A stretch of 64,000 nucleotides of DNA, from the NCBI GenBank assembly GCA_007375725.1, contig VMEV01000006.1, positions 6,929 to 70,928 on the forward strand. Reading direction: 5' to 3'. The notes beneath the pieces were generated by a model. It ran no database searches and had not been told where the DNA came from. It saw nothing but the letters and a program-made list of their open reading frames with translations. The translations under genes were made by a program, and so were the position numbers. Each line of letters opens with the position of its first letter. Position 1 is the first letter of the stretch. Below are positions 27,453-37,322 of this stretch, piece after piece. The stretch is from Parcubacteria group bacterium Greene0416_36 (GTDB taxonomy: Bacteria; Patescibacteriota; Patescibacteriia; VMEV01).

Positions 27453-28727
27453 ATGCAGTTAAATTTTCAATTCTTTTTCTTAATTGTCCTGTCGATTGCC
27501 GTTCTCTTCGGCGCGGGACAGATCAATGCCCAGGTTTCTTCGGCTACGCTTTTTGATTATTATTATACGGAAAATGCCGCTGAAATCACCGCATTATCCA
27601 AAGAAATTAAACAAAAAGAATTGGAAATCAAAAAAGTAGAGGAGCAGTCCAATTCTTTTGAAGGAGAAATTAAGAAAAAGCAGGAGGAAAAGCTGACCAT
27701 CGAGAGCCAAATTGTTGATCTAGAAAATCAAATGGCTAAGAAAACATTGGAGCTCAGCCGCATCGGCAAACAAAAAGAATTGGTTAACCTGGAAACGAGA
27801 CAGGTCGAGAAACAACTGGAATCGACGCGGCGCCAGATCGATACCGGCAAATCCAGAATCTCAGAAGTCATCGGCAAAATCCATCAATTGGACAGCCGTT
27901 CCTATTTAGAAATCATGGTGTCCAACCCTGATTTTTCCTCTTTTTTTAATGATTTGGAAGCCATCGAGAGCGTGGAAAAAGGACTCTCCGTGAATATCGA
28001 AGCACAAAAAGTGCTTTATTCTCAGCAAAAATCTCAGTCTGAGGATGTGAAGGGAAAACTGCAGCGATTGGATTTGCTCAAACTGGAAGAAGAGCGGGGG
28101 AAGATCCTCTTGGAAAGCGAAAAAGAAGCAAAAATCCAACTAGTAGAAGCCACTGACAGAAACGAGAAGAAATTTCAAGAATTATTAGCTGGACTGCATC
28201 TCGAACAAAATAAGCTCGAGCAGGAAATCAAGCAAATTGAAGAAGATATACAAATTAAGTTGAAAGAGAAAAAATTAAATTTTAATTGGGACCCCGATAA
28301 TGTGCGTCTGATTTGGCCCGTACCCAATCAAGGCATTGTCACCTATTTTCATGATCCGGGGTATCCCTACAAGAGGCTAGTGGGGCCGCATTCAGGACTA
28401 GATTTGCGTACTCTCATCGGAGGTAAACCCTCCAATGGAGTACCGGTTCGGGCTGTTGCTCCGGGCGTGGTAGTCAAAGTGATCCGAGGCGGAAAATACG
28501 TGGGCAATGCGGTTTATATCGCCCACAGCGACAACTTCATGAGCATCTATTTACATCTTTCGAGAGTAAATGTGGCGGAAGATCAGGTGGTAGGGGTGGC
28601 CGAGGTGATTGCGGCCAGCGGCGGAATGCCTGGAACGGAAGGTGCTGGCCTCAGCTCCGGACCCCATCTCCATTTTGAAACCAGAGTGGACGGCGTACCG
28701 GCAGACCCTCTGCAGTATTTGCAGTAA
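27453..28727 (+). CDS. M23-family peptidase with N-terminal coiled coil (EnvC-like)
   Basis: Signal peptide, long coiled coil, C-terminal HSGLDLRT...HLHFETRVDG M23 motifs. Confidence 0.8.
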   Translation: MQLNFQFFFLIVLSIAVLFGAGQINAQVSSATLFDYYYTENAAEITALSKEIKQKELEIKKVEEQSNSFEGEIKKKQEEKLTIESQIVDLENQMAKKTLELSRIGKQKELVNLETRQVEKQLESTRRQIDTGKSRISEVIGKIHQLDSRSYLEIMVSNPDFSSFFNDLEAIESVEKGLSVNIEAQKVLYSQQKSQSEDVKGKLQRLDLLKLEEERGKILLESEKEAKIQLVEATDRNEKKFQELLAGLHLEQNKLEQEIKQIEEDIQIKLKEKKLNFNWDPDNVRLIWPVPNQGIVTYFHDPGYPYKRLVGPHSGLDLRTLIGGKPSNGVPVRAVAPGVVVKVIRGGKYVGNAVYIAHSDNFMSIYLHLSRVNVAEDQVVGVAEVIAASGGMPGTEGAGLSSGPHLHFETRVDGVPADPLQYLQ

Positions 28728-28926
28728 CCCATTTAATTTTGCTATATTATTCTTCATATGGAAGAATTCATCGTCAAAAATTCCGTGGTATTGGGACTGA
28801 CTCTCTTCTTTTCTCTTATTTTCTGGAGTTTGTCCCGTCTCGTGGGCCTTTTCTGGGCGCCTTGGATCGCCGTAATTTTTTATATCGGCATTTATTGGAT
28901 GCTGTCGGATGAATAAAATAAAAAAA

Positions 28927-28961
28927 TGTAGGGGGTCCCGCGTAACGTCCGACCCCCTACA
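28927..28961. terminator. Rho-independent terminator hairpin
   Basis: tgtagggggtcccgcgtaacgtccgaccccctaca plus T-run. Confidence 0.65.
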
Positions 28962-29015
28962 TTTTTTTATTTGTTTCTAATTTTCCCTCGTCAGTTGTAT
29001 AATTGAAAAAAACAT

Positions 29016-30317
29016 ATGTCTACAAAGATACAATCCATTCGAGCGCGCGAAATATTGGATTCGCGGGGAGATCCGACCGTGGAGGTAAGGCTGGAGTTAT
29101 CTAATGCTCAGGGTGTAAGAGCTTCCGTTCCCTCTGGGGCGTCCACTGGGGTGCATGAGGCCTTAGAACTTCGAGACGGCGACCGGGGCCGGTATGCTGG
29201 AAAAGGTGTTTTAAAAGCGTGCCACAATATCAATACCTTGATCGCACCGAAATTGGCTGGAAAAGACGTGCGTCATATCGAGGAAATCGACCGGTGGATG
29301 ATTGACCGCGACGGCACGCCCAACAAGAGCTATTTGGGTGCCAATGCCATTCTTGCGGTCTCGATGGCGGTCTGCCGCGGCGGAGCTTTGGCTGAAAATG
29401 TTGAGCTGTACCAATATATCAAAGAAAAATTTTCTTTTTCGTTTAAGAAATTTAGCCTCCCTACGCCGCTCATGAATATCCTCAATGGAGGCGCTCATGC
29501 GGACAATGACTTGTCTCTCCAAGAAATGATGATCGTGCCGCTCTCTCCCAAATTGCTCCGTGAAAAAGTGCGGGTGGGATCTGAAATTTTTCACATGCTT
29601 GGAAAAATTCTCAAATCCAAAAAAATGAATACGGCGGTAGGGAATGAAGGGGGATATGCTCCCAATGTCGGAAAATCTGAAAATGCTATCCGCTTAGTGA
29701 TCAAAGCCATAGAAGAAACCGGGTACCAAGCCGGAAAAGACGTCTCCATTGCTCTCGATGTGGCTGCGTCCGAATTTTATGATGAAAATAAAAGGCTCTA
29801 CCATATTGCGACCGATGGCTGGGACTTTAATTCTGGAGAAATGATTGATCTGTATGACAAGTGGGTGACTCAATATCCGATTATTTCGATTGAAGACGGC
29901 TTGTCTGAGGATGACTGGTCCGGATGGGAGCAATTGACCGCAGCTCTAGGGGAATCCACTATGCTGGTGGGCGATGATTTATTTGTTACTAATACGACAC
30001 GAATCCAGCGGGGTATAGAATCGAACGTGGCCAATTCGGTGCTCATCAAAATGAACCAAATCGGCTCTATTACCGAAACCATCGAGGCCATCCGACTGGC
30101 CCAAGAAAATAAGTATTCAGTGGTGATTTCCCACCGTTCCGGAGAAACCTGTGACAATACGATCGCCGATCTAGCCGTAGGCACTGGCGCCGAATATATC
30201 AAAACCGGCAGTCTCTCCCGTTCTGAACGTATTTCCAAATACAATCGCCTGATGGAAATCGAAGAGATTTTGGCAGGGAAGAAGAAATCAGGAGGGAATA
30301 CCTTTAATGTGTGTTAG
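29016..30317 (+). CDS. eno: Enolase
   Basis: IRAREILDSRGDPTVEV N-terminus. 433 aa. Confidence 0.9.
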   Translation: MSTKIQSIRAREILDSRGDPTVEVRLELSNAQGVRASVPSGASTGVHEALELRDGDRGRYAGKGVLKACHNINTLIAPKLAGKDVRHIEEIDRWMIDRDGTPNKSYLGANAILAVSMAVCRGGALAENVELYQYIKEKFSFSFKKFSLPTPLMNILNGGAHADNDLSLQEMMIVPLSPKLLREKVRVGSEIFHMLGKILKSKKMNTAVGNEGGYAPNVGKSENAIRLVIKAIEETGYQAGKDVSIALDVAASEFYDENKRLYHIATDGWDFNSGEMIDLYDKWVTQYPIISIEDGLSEDDWSGWEQLTAALGESTMLVGDDLFVTNTTRIQRGIESNVANSVLIKMNQIGSITETIEAIRLAQENKYSVVISHRSGETCDNTIADLAVGTGAEYIKTGSLSRSERISKYNRLMEIEEILAGKKKSGGNTFNVC

Positions 30318-30336
30318 AACAACAAAACAACTTTTT

Positions 30337-30747
30337 ATGAATGACTGTATTTTTTGTAAAATAATCAAAAAGGAAGTGGGGGCAGAGATAATAGCTGAAA
30401 ATGAGCATGCGTTTGCTTTTTTGGATATTTGTCCGATCAATAAAGGACATACTTTGGTGATTCCCAAGAAACATTTTGTGCTTTTGGACGAGGTTTCCAA
30501 GGAGTTATTAGGAGAATTGATGATCTTCACTCAAAAAATCGCCGGAGCCGTGTGCCGCTCTTTAGGAACCACAGACTATAATATTTTCCAGCGCAATGGC
30601 CCCTTGGCCGGGCAGGTGGTAAAACATGTGCATATCCATATCGTCCCTCGTTTCGGAGGCGACGGCCACCGCGAATGGCCCACGAAGATGTGTTACCGAG
30701 AAGGAGAAATAAAAGCCTGCGCAGATAAGATCAAGAGTTTCTTATGA
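30337..30747 (+). CDS. HIT-family hydrolase
   Basis: CIFCKII..E and histidine triad HVHIHIVPR. Confidence 0.8.
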   Translation: MNDCIFCKIIKKEVGAEIIAENEHAFAFLDICPINKGHTLVIPKKHFVLLDEVSKELLGELMIFTQKIAGAVCRSLGTTDYNIFQRNGPLAGQVVKHVHIHIVPRFGGDGHREWPTKMCYREGEIKACADKIKSFL

Positions 30748-31622
30748 AGAAAGTTTTAATTTTTGGATCAAAGGGATTATTGGGAACCGATTTAGCTCGA
30801 ATCGGGAAGGATTTGAATTATGACCTATCGGCTTTTTCTCGGCATGATCTGGATATCACCCATTATCGCATCCTGAAGGACGCGATTTTCTCTATTGAAC
30901 CTGATTTTGTGATCAATGCTGCGGCCATCACCAATCCTCTGAGATGTCAAGAGGAAAAAAATCTGGCTATGGAAGTCAATGCGACAGCCGTAAAACATAT
31001 GGCTGAGATTTGTTGGGATTTAGGATGCACCCTAGTGCACTTCAGCACGGAACAGGTATTTGATGGTTCGCAATCTTCTCCCTATGTCGAATCTCATGGG
31101 ATTTTAAAACCCGTAAATTTCTACGGCTACACGAAAGCAAAAGCAGAATCCTATATCGCGTTATTACAAAGGCTGGTGCATGCCGATCATCCCCTCCAAT
31201 ACTATTTGATTCGTTCATCTTGGCTTTTTGGTTCTGGCAGAAATAATTTTGTGGAAAATATATTTCGCGCCGTCTCTGATACGGGCCGAGCTGAGGCTTT
31301 ATATGATCAGTCTTCCATCCCGACTTTTTCTTCGGATCTGGCTAGGAGAACTTATGAAATTATTGCCTGGGAACTGCCATTTGGGATTTATCATGCGACC
31401 AATCAGGGAAGTGCCACCCAATTTGAAGTGGCAGAAGCGGTCATTAGTCTGGGGGGATTCCAAGAAGCTCAGATTCAGCCTCTGTATCGAAAAAATATCA
31501 CGGACAGAAGAGCACCTCTGGCTCCTTCGGTCATATTGGGCAATACAAAATTACCCCTCATGCGCCACTGGAAAGACGCCTTGATGGAGTATTTGACAGA
31601 TTTAAAAAATAAGGCGATATAA
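30744..31622 (+). CDS. dTDP-4-dehydrorhamnose reductase (RmlD)-like SDR
   Basis: MKKVLIFGSKGLLG Rossmann. RmlD-like length and architecture. ATGA overlap with HIT. Confidence 0.6.
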   Translation: MKKVLIFGSKGLLGTDLARIGKDLNYDLSAFSRHDLDITHYRILKDAIFSIEPDFVINAAAITNPLRCQEEKNLAMEVNATAVKHMAEICWDLGCTLVHFSTEQVFDGSQSSPYVESHGILKPVNFYGYTKAKAESYIALLQRLVHADHPLQYYLIRSSWLFGSGRNNFVENIFRAVSDTGRAEALYDQSSIPTFSSDLARRTYEIIAWELPFGIYHATNQGSATQFEVAEAVISLGGFQEAQIQPLYRKNITDRRAPLAPSVILGNTKLPLMRHWKDALMEYLTDLKNKAI

Positions 31623-32645
31623 TCCCTCTTTATCATTGATAATCCCATGGAAATACAGCCTGCGGTCTTGGTTATTTTGGATCGTGGAATAAATGATTCC
31701 CCCTTCTAAAAGCGTCCATTTATTATTGATCCCTCCGATGGGATAGATTTCAACCATAGAAATGGACTCGGCCGTGACTAAGGTCAGATAATTATCACTC
31801 TGGTCTAAATAAAATTCCAAAATATCCTTCTCGCTTTTGGTCAGTTCGATCATTTGCTTTTTTTCTTTATCTAAAAACACAATCGAATTTCCGTTTTGGC
31901 AGATAAAAGTGACGTCTTGGAGAGGAGAGAAACATTTTGTAAGAGGGGGGAACCAATTTTCCGGGCCTGCTACTGGCCAGGCTGATTCTATTAGAGAAAC
32001 CTCAGGTAATTCAGTTTTGATCGGATTGAGAAAAGTGACTCCATAAGGAGAAGACAGGCCCAAGAGGACAAATTGGAGAGCCTCTCCTTTTTTAATTTCA
32101 GCCAATACTTGACGATTTTGATAGAGCCACTCTATTTTATCCACTTTATATTCCGGCGGAATTTCTAAAATTTGCTTTTTGATGGAAAAAGGCTCAAGTT
32201 GTGTTAAAAGCAATTTGTTTCCAGACCAAATAATGGCCTCATTGGTTTCCGATGAGAAATAAATCCGGTTGATTTTGTCCGGAAAAAGCAAAACGGGCTC
32301 ATTTTTGGAAAACAATTGAATATACCGGAGCAATGTGGCAGAATTAGCCTGGACAAGAACATTTTTATTCCATTTCAAAAAACCTTCTCGGTTTACTTCT
32401 ACCGGATATATGCCCGGAGCCAGCGAGATCATCTGCAGATTTCGGCTTTTGGCATATGTTTTATTTTCAATGGCAATCGTGACTTCCTGCGGAAACGTTT
32501 TAAAAACAATGGCGCCATACTTTTCAATGCTGAGCGTCTCCCAATCAATACGGTGCCCCGTTGTATATAAAAGCAGTCCCGGAGCCGCGAGCGCGAAAAC
32601 TCCCACAAATACGAGGAAAATTAAAAATCTCTGTTTATAAGTCAT
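31602..32645 (-). CDS. PEGA domain-containing membrane-anchored protein
   Basis: N-terminal TM. SLAPGIYPVEVNREGFLKWNKNVLVQANSATLL matches the PEGA consensus. Confidence 0.55.
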   Translation of the reverse strand: MTYKQRFLIFLVFVGVFALAAPGLLLYTTGHRIDWETLSIEKYGAIVFKTFPQEVTIAIENKTYAKSRNLQMISLAPGIYPVEVNREGFLKWNKNVLVQANSATLLRYIQLFSKNEPVLLFPDKINRIYFSSETNEAIIWSGNKLLLTQLEPFSIKKQILEIPPEYKVDKIEWLYQNRQVLAEIKKGEALQFVLLGLSSPYGVTFLNPIKTELPEVSLIESAWPVAGPENWFPPLTKCFSPLQDVTFICQNGNSIVFLDKEKKQMIELTKSEKDILEFYLDQSDNYLTLVTAESISMVEIYPIGGINNKWTLLEGGIIYSTIQNNQDRRLYFHGIINDKEGLYRLIF

Positions 32646-33896
32646 ATGGATTTGACAAGAAAAAAATATTCATTTTATTTTTTCAACCATTATTTCGTGA
32701 TAGTGGCCATTATCATCGCTTTTATCGGCGGTTATTTTTTAGGCACCGAGGCCCCAAGCGACCCTGACAAAGCAGTATCGGCAATTGACAATCCCTACGG
32801 GAAACTTAATTTGCGGCAGACTTTGCCGCCCTATTTGCTCGAGAATGTTGACTTTAACATCTTCTGGAGGGTTTGGAAAGACTTGCAGACGCAGTTTGTG
32901 GATATGCCGGTTGGAGACACCCAGCTCTTTTATGGCGCGCTCCGAGGCATGACGGATTCTTTGAAAGATCCCTATACGGTTTTTTTGGATCCGGAAGTCT
33001 ACGAAGAATTCTCCAGCGATTTGGCCGGCCAGTTTGAAGGGATCGGCGCGGAAATCGGCATCAAAGAAGGCGCTCTCACGGTCATTGCCCCGATCGGCGG
33101 ATCTCCTGCTGAACGTGCCGGCATTAAGGCCGGGGATTTGATTCTCGAAATCGACGGGCGCCAGACGGCAGGAATCACTTTAGATCTGGCAGTAAAATGG
33201 ATCCGCGGACCTAAAGATAGCTCAGTGGCGATCAAATTATTTAGGAAAGGAGAAGATAAGCCGCGCGACGAAAAAATAACCCGTGGGACTATTGATATTG
33301 ACAGTGTGGAGTGGGAAAGAAAAGCGGGAAATATCTTTTATATCAAAATAACTCATTTTAACGATGATACTCAAGCCTTGCTCGGAAAAGCTGTGGCTGA
33401 AATGAAAGCCGATCGCCCTAAATCTATTATAGTGGATTTTCGCAATAATCCCGGCGGCTATTTGGAATTAGCCATTTGGATGGCGGGACTATGGGTGGAT
33501 GAAGATACGGTCGTGGTTGAAAAATTTTCTGATGGCAAGGAGCGAAAACACCGGTCCACCAATGAGAATGTTTTGAGCGGCATCAAAACCGCGTTATTGG
33601 TCAATGGAGGCAGTGCTTCAGCCTCCGAAATCGTGGCAGGGGCCTTGCAAGAGTACCATCTAGCCCGATTGTTCGGCGAAAAAACCTTTGGCAAAGGCTC
33701 GGTCCAGACTTTGGAAGAACTGCCTGACGGTTCGGCTCTCAAAATAACGGTTGCTAAATGGCTGACCCCCAAAGGCCGAAGCATCAATGAACAAGGCGTC
33801 GAACCCGATGTTCAGGTGACCAATAAGCCCCCGGCCGAGGGAGAGGAAGAGAAGGATTTGCAGCTGGAGAAGGCGATGGAGTGGGTGAGGAAATAG
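32646..33896 (+). CDS. ctpA: C-terminal processing peptidase, S41 family
   Basis: PDZ (GIKAGDLILEIDG), FRNNPGGYL and LVNGGSASASEIVAGALQ motifs. Confidence 0.85.
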   Translation: MDLTRKKYSFYFFNHYFVIVAIIIAFIGGYFLGTEAPSDPDKAVSAIDNPYGKLNLRQTLPPYLLENVDFNIFWRVWKDLQTQFVDMPVGDTQLFYGALRGMTDSLKDPYTVFLDPEVYEEFSSDLAGQFEGIGAEIGIKEGALTVIAPIGGSPAERAGIKAGDLILEIDGRQTAGITLDLAVKWIRGPKDSSVAIKLFRKGEDKPRDEKITRGTIDIDSVEWERKAGNIFYIKITHFNDDTQALLGKAVAEMKADRPKSIIVDFRNNPGGYLELAIWMAGLWVDEDTVVVEKFSDGKERKHRSTNENVLSGIKTALLVNGGSASASEIVAGALQEYHLARLFGEKTFGKGSVQTLEELPDGSALKITVAKWLTPKGRSINEQGVEPDVQVTNKPPAEGEEEKDLQLEKAMEWVRK

Positions 33897-34109
33897 GAGG
33901 GGGCGTTGTCATCCCCGCGAAAGCGGGGATCCAGGCCCTGCAGTAGTAAAATGCTACAAAAGTATTTTAGACTAATTGGGTATGTAGAGAATTTAAAATG
34001 TATTTCAATTACTACAGAATCTGTACGACCGATCATTTATTATTTACATGTTCTGTGGTCTGGATCCCCGATCCGCCCTACGGGGCTCTCGGGGATGACG
34101 TGATAATCT

Positions 34110-34487
34110 ATGACTCTCGAATTCACAAAACAACTCACACAAAATCCCGCTAATATTCTTCGAAAATGCGGGTATTTCGCGAATTTTGATCCGGTGACGG
34201 GCCACAATAGCTTTATCCGGAGACTCTCCGGCGGCCGTTATCCCCGGTTTCATATTTATATTCTGAAAGAAGGGGTCGGCTTTTTACAGCTCAATTTGCA
34301 TCTGGACATGAAAAAAGAAAGTTACGGCGATCAAACCGCCCATTCGGGAGAATATGATACCGAGGTTGTTGATACCGAGGCGACTCGCATTGGGAAAATG
34401 TTTACGTCACATTATGTGAGGCACTCTGATTCTGCCGTTCAAATTCCGCAAAAAAAGAGTTTTTGGAGGAGGATTTTTGGATTATAA
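34110..34487 (+). CDS. Hypothetical protein (125 aa)
   Basis: No recognisable family. 3' end followed by an R1 element. Confidence 0.35.
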   Translation: MTLEFTKQLTQNPANILRKCGYFANFDPVTGHNSFIRRLSGGRYPRFHIYILKEGVGFLQLNLHLDMKKESYGDQTAHSGEYDTEVVDTEATRIGKMFTSHYVRHSDSAVQIPQKKSFWRRIFGL

Positions 34488-34493
34488 AACAGC

Positions 34494-34574
34494 AAATCCC
34501 ACCCCAGCCCTCCCTTTGACAAGGGAGGGAGCAGCTTCCCCCTTGTCAAAGGGGGATTGAGGGGGATTTGTTGC
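34494..34574. repeat. REP/MITE-like element family R1, copy 4
   Basis: atcccaccccagccctccctttgacaagggagggagcagcttcccccttgtcaaagggggattgagggggatttgttg. Confidence 0.85.
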
Positions 34575-34581
34575 CAAATCT

Positions 34582-36204
34582 ATGAAAACAAAATTCATTT
34601 TCATCGTAGGCGGAGTGATGTCGGGGGTGGGGAAGGGCGTGACGGCGGCTTCGATTGGCAGGATTCTCACGAATAAGGGATATTCCGTGAGCGCGGTCAA
34701 AATCGATCCGTACATCAATGTGGACGCGGGGACCATGAACCCGGTCGAACATGGCGAGGTGTTTGTCACCCAAGACGGGGACGAAACCGACCAGGATATT
34801 GGAAACTATGAGCGATTTTTGGGGAAGGATATTCTTTCATCCAACTACATGACCACGGGTCGCGTGTATCTGTCCGTGATTGAGAAGGAGAGGAAACTCG
34901 CCTACCGAGGCAAATGCGTCGAGGTCGTGCCTCACATTCCGGAAGAAGTGATTCTGAGGATCAAAACCGCGGTCAAAGACAGCGGAGCGGAGATCATGAT
35001 CGTCGAAATCGGCGGGACGGTCGGCGAATACCAAAATATTCTCTTCCTCGAAGCCGCCCGCATGATGCATCTCCGCGCCAAAAAAGACGTGCAGTTCATC
35101 TTGGTAAGCTATTTGCCTATTCCGGGCAATCTCGGCGAGATGAAGACCAAGCCCACTCAATACGCCATCCGAACCCTGAACTCCGCCGGAATCCAGCCGG
35201 ATTTTGTGGTCTGCCGCGCGGAAAAAGACCTCGATATTCCGCGTCGCCACAAACTCGAACTTTTCGGCAATATGGCTTCGGGCAGTGTGATTTCTGCTCC
35301 AGATGTCGCCAGTATCTACGATGTCCCGGGGGTTCTGGAAGATCAGCATATGGGCAATAAACTCCTCCGTAATTTTGGCATTCGCCCGCGCAAAAATAAC
35401 TGGACCAGCTGGAAAAAACTCACTCACAATATTCATAATCCCGGCAAACCGGTCCGCATCGCCATGGTCGGGAAATATTTTGGGAGCGGCGATTTTGTCC
35501 TGCCAGATGCCTATATTTCCGTGATCGAATCGGTCAAACATGCAGCATGGAGCCAGAATTTGAAACCGGAATTGGCTTGGATCGATTCGGAAAAGTTTGA
35601 AAACGGCCAAGCACCTAAAGATATTTTGAAAGACTTCGACGGTGTCATTGTGCCTGGAGGATTCGGCAAGAGGGGAGTGGAAGGTAAAATCAAAGCCATC
35701 GAGTATTGCCGTACGCATAAAGTGCCGTATTTCGGCCTTTGCTACGGCATGCAGCTCGCCGCCGTAGAATTCGCCCGACATGTCCTAGGCCATAAAAAAG
35801 CCCATACCACGGAAATCGACCCCTCGACTCCCGACCCCCTCATCTACATCATCCCGAATAAGATATTCGAGGAAACAAAAAAATATGGCGGGACCATGAG
35901 GCTCGGCGCCTATCCCTGCCAAATAGATAAAAATTCTAAGGCCTTCGAGTATTACGGATCGGAAATGATCTCTGAACGACATCGCCACCGATACGAATTC
36001 AACAATGATTACAAAGACGCATTCAATAAAAAGGGATTTAAAACTGTAGGTATTTGTCCCGACAACGGTCTTGTTGAAATACTTGAGCTTGAGGGCCACC
36101 CGTTCTTCATCGGCACCCAATTTCATCCGGAGTTTAAGTCGCGGCCGCTGGATCCACATCCCTTGTTTGTGGGGTTTGTGAGGGCGGCGGCAACAGTCAA
36201 TTAA
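34582..36204 (+). CDS. pyrG: CTP synthase
   Basis: FIFIVGGVMSGVGKGVTAASIG N-terminus and glutamine amidotransferase motifs (GLCYGMQ). Confidence 0.9.
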   Translation: MKTKFIFIVGGVMSGVGKGVTAASIGRILTNKGYSVSAVKIDPYINVDAGTMNPVEHGEVFVTQDGDETDQDIGNYERFLGKDILSSNYMTTGRVYLSVIEKERKLAYRGKCVEVVPHIPEEVILRIKTAVKDSGAEIMIVEIGGTVGEYQNILFLEAARMMHLRAKKDVQFILVSYLPIPGNLGEMKTKPTQYAIRTLNSAGIQPDFVVCRAEKDLDIPRRHKLELFGNMASGSVISAPDVASIYDVPGVLEDQHMGNKLLRNFGIRPRKNNWTSWKKLTHNIHNPGKPVRIAMVGKYFGSGDFVLPDAYISVIESVKHAAWSQNLKPELAWIDSEKFENGQAPKDILKDFDGVIVPGGFGKRGVEGKIKAIEYCRTHKVPYFGLCYGMQLAAVEFARHVLGHKKAHTTEIDPSTPDPLIYIIPNKIFEETKKYGGTMRLGAYPCQIDKNSKAFEYYGSEMISERHRHRYEFNNDYKDAFNKKGFKTVGICPDNGLVEILELEGHPFFIGTQFHPEFKSRPLDPHPLFVGFVRAAATVN

Positions 36205-36235
36205 AAATTAAGAATGAAGAATTAAAAATGAGCAA

Positions 36236-36267
36236 CAAAAAACATGACTTTTCCAAGTCATGTTTTT
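36236..36267. terminator. Bidirectional terminator hairpin between pyrG and rpmA
   Basis: aaaaaacatgacttttccaagtcatgtttttt. Confidence 0.65.
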
Positions 36268-36285
36268 TGTTTGAATTCAGAAGAT

Positions 36286-36573
36286 TTACTTCTTCACCTG
36301 CTCGTCTACATGGACGAACACACCTTCTTTCAAGGCGCCCGAGAATGATCGGACTTGTTTCTTGTTGAAGCGGACAACTCCGGGGACCAAGGCAAAAAGA
36401 GTATCGTCTTTGCCGATTCCCACGTTTTTGCCGGGTCGATATTTGGTTCCGCGCTGGCGGGCCAAGATATTGCCGGCGGCTGCGATTTCACCCGCGAATA
36501 ATTTGATTCCAAGGCGTTGGCCGGGCGAATTTCGGCCCAACTCGGTACTACCGCCTGACTTTTTAGTAGCCAT
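36286..36573 (-). CDS. rpmA: 50S ribosomal protein L27
   Basis: [54 protein letters not shown]. Confidence 0.85.
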   Translation of the reverse strand: MATKKSGGSTELGRNSPGQRLGIKLFAGEIAAAGNILARQRGTKYRPGKNVGIGKDDTLFALVPGVVRFNKKQVRSFSGALKEGVFVHVDEQVKK

Positions 36574-36777
36574 AGGTTTGCTTTATAAAATTCTTGCGGC
36601 CCTGCCGTGTTTCTGGGGCAGAGAGGCTTATTCAGCCAAAGAATTTGATAGTGAGGTTAAAAAACAGTGTTATATTAGAAAATATTCGAGGGTTTGTCAA
36701 TTTTTTGGCATGCAACTGATTTTTTTGACATATATCAAAAAGATAGCTATTATATATCAATAATTATCCATTATCTT

Positions 36778-37053
36778 ATGACCACACAAGTTATCTTTAG
36801 AATCGATGAAAAGACAAAAGAACAGGCCATGAAAAAGGCACATCATTCTGGTTTGTCTTTTGCCACCGTGCTCAAACTCGCTACCTATGCTTTTGTAGAA
36901 GACAAATTCACGATCAGCCTCAATCAAGTAGAGCCCTTCAATTTACAAACACGGAAGAAACTCAATAAAATCCAAAAAGATCTTTCTTTGCGTAAAAATT
37001 TATCGCCACGGTTCAAATCTGCCAAAGATGCTATGGGATATCTCATGAAATAG
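36778..37053 (+). CDS. RelB/DinJ-family antitoxin (ribbon-helix-helix)
   Basis: TQVIFRIDEKTKEQAMKKAHHSGLSFATVLKLA resembles DinJ. Immediately upstream of a RelE-like gene. Confidence 0.6.
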   Translation: MTTQVIFRIDEKTKEQAMKKAHHSGLSFATVLKLATYAFVEDKFTISLNQVEPFNLQTRKKLNKIQKDLSLRKNLSPRFKSAKDAMGYLMK

Positions 37054-37057
37054 ATTT

Positions 37058-37315
37058 ATGGATGTTATTTTTCATCGGGATTTTAAAAAACAATTCAAAA
37101 AATTGCCAGTGAAAATTCAAAAGAAATTTGAAGAACGTTTGAACTTATTTTTAAATGAACCTGATAATTCAACTCTCAATAACCATTCGGTGGAAAAAGC
37201 ATACCCGAAATCGAGGAGTATCAATATAACCGGAGATTATCGAGCTATTTATCAAAAAGACGAAGACCTGATTTGTTTTATGATCATCGGCACACACTCT
37301 GAATTATATTCATGA
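37058..37315 (+). CDS. RelE/YafQ/ParE-superfamily toxin
   Basis: 85 aa. ...ITGDYRAIYQKDEDLICFMIIGTHSELY. 4-bp gap after the antitoxin. Confidence 0.6.
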   Translation: MDVIFHRDFKKQFKKLPVKIQKKFEERLNLFLNEPDNSTLNNHSVEKAYPKSRSINITGDYRAIYQKDEDLICFMIIGTHSELYS

Positions 37316-37322
37316 AACGTGT

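Noticed and set aside
28757-28915. 52-aa hydrophobic ORF (MEEFIVKNSVVLGLTLFFSLIFWSL...) between the M23 peptidase gene and the terminator.
   Set aside because: It is plausibly a small membrane peptide but is below confident calling, with no conserved motif. It is left as a note rather than a feature.
36574-36777. Hairpin ggccctgccgtgtttctggggcagagaggc upstream of rpmA as a candidate regulatory RNA.
   Set aside because: It is a single short stem in a divergent promoter region. Evidence is insufficient for anything beyond a possible operator or attenuator.
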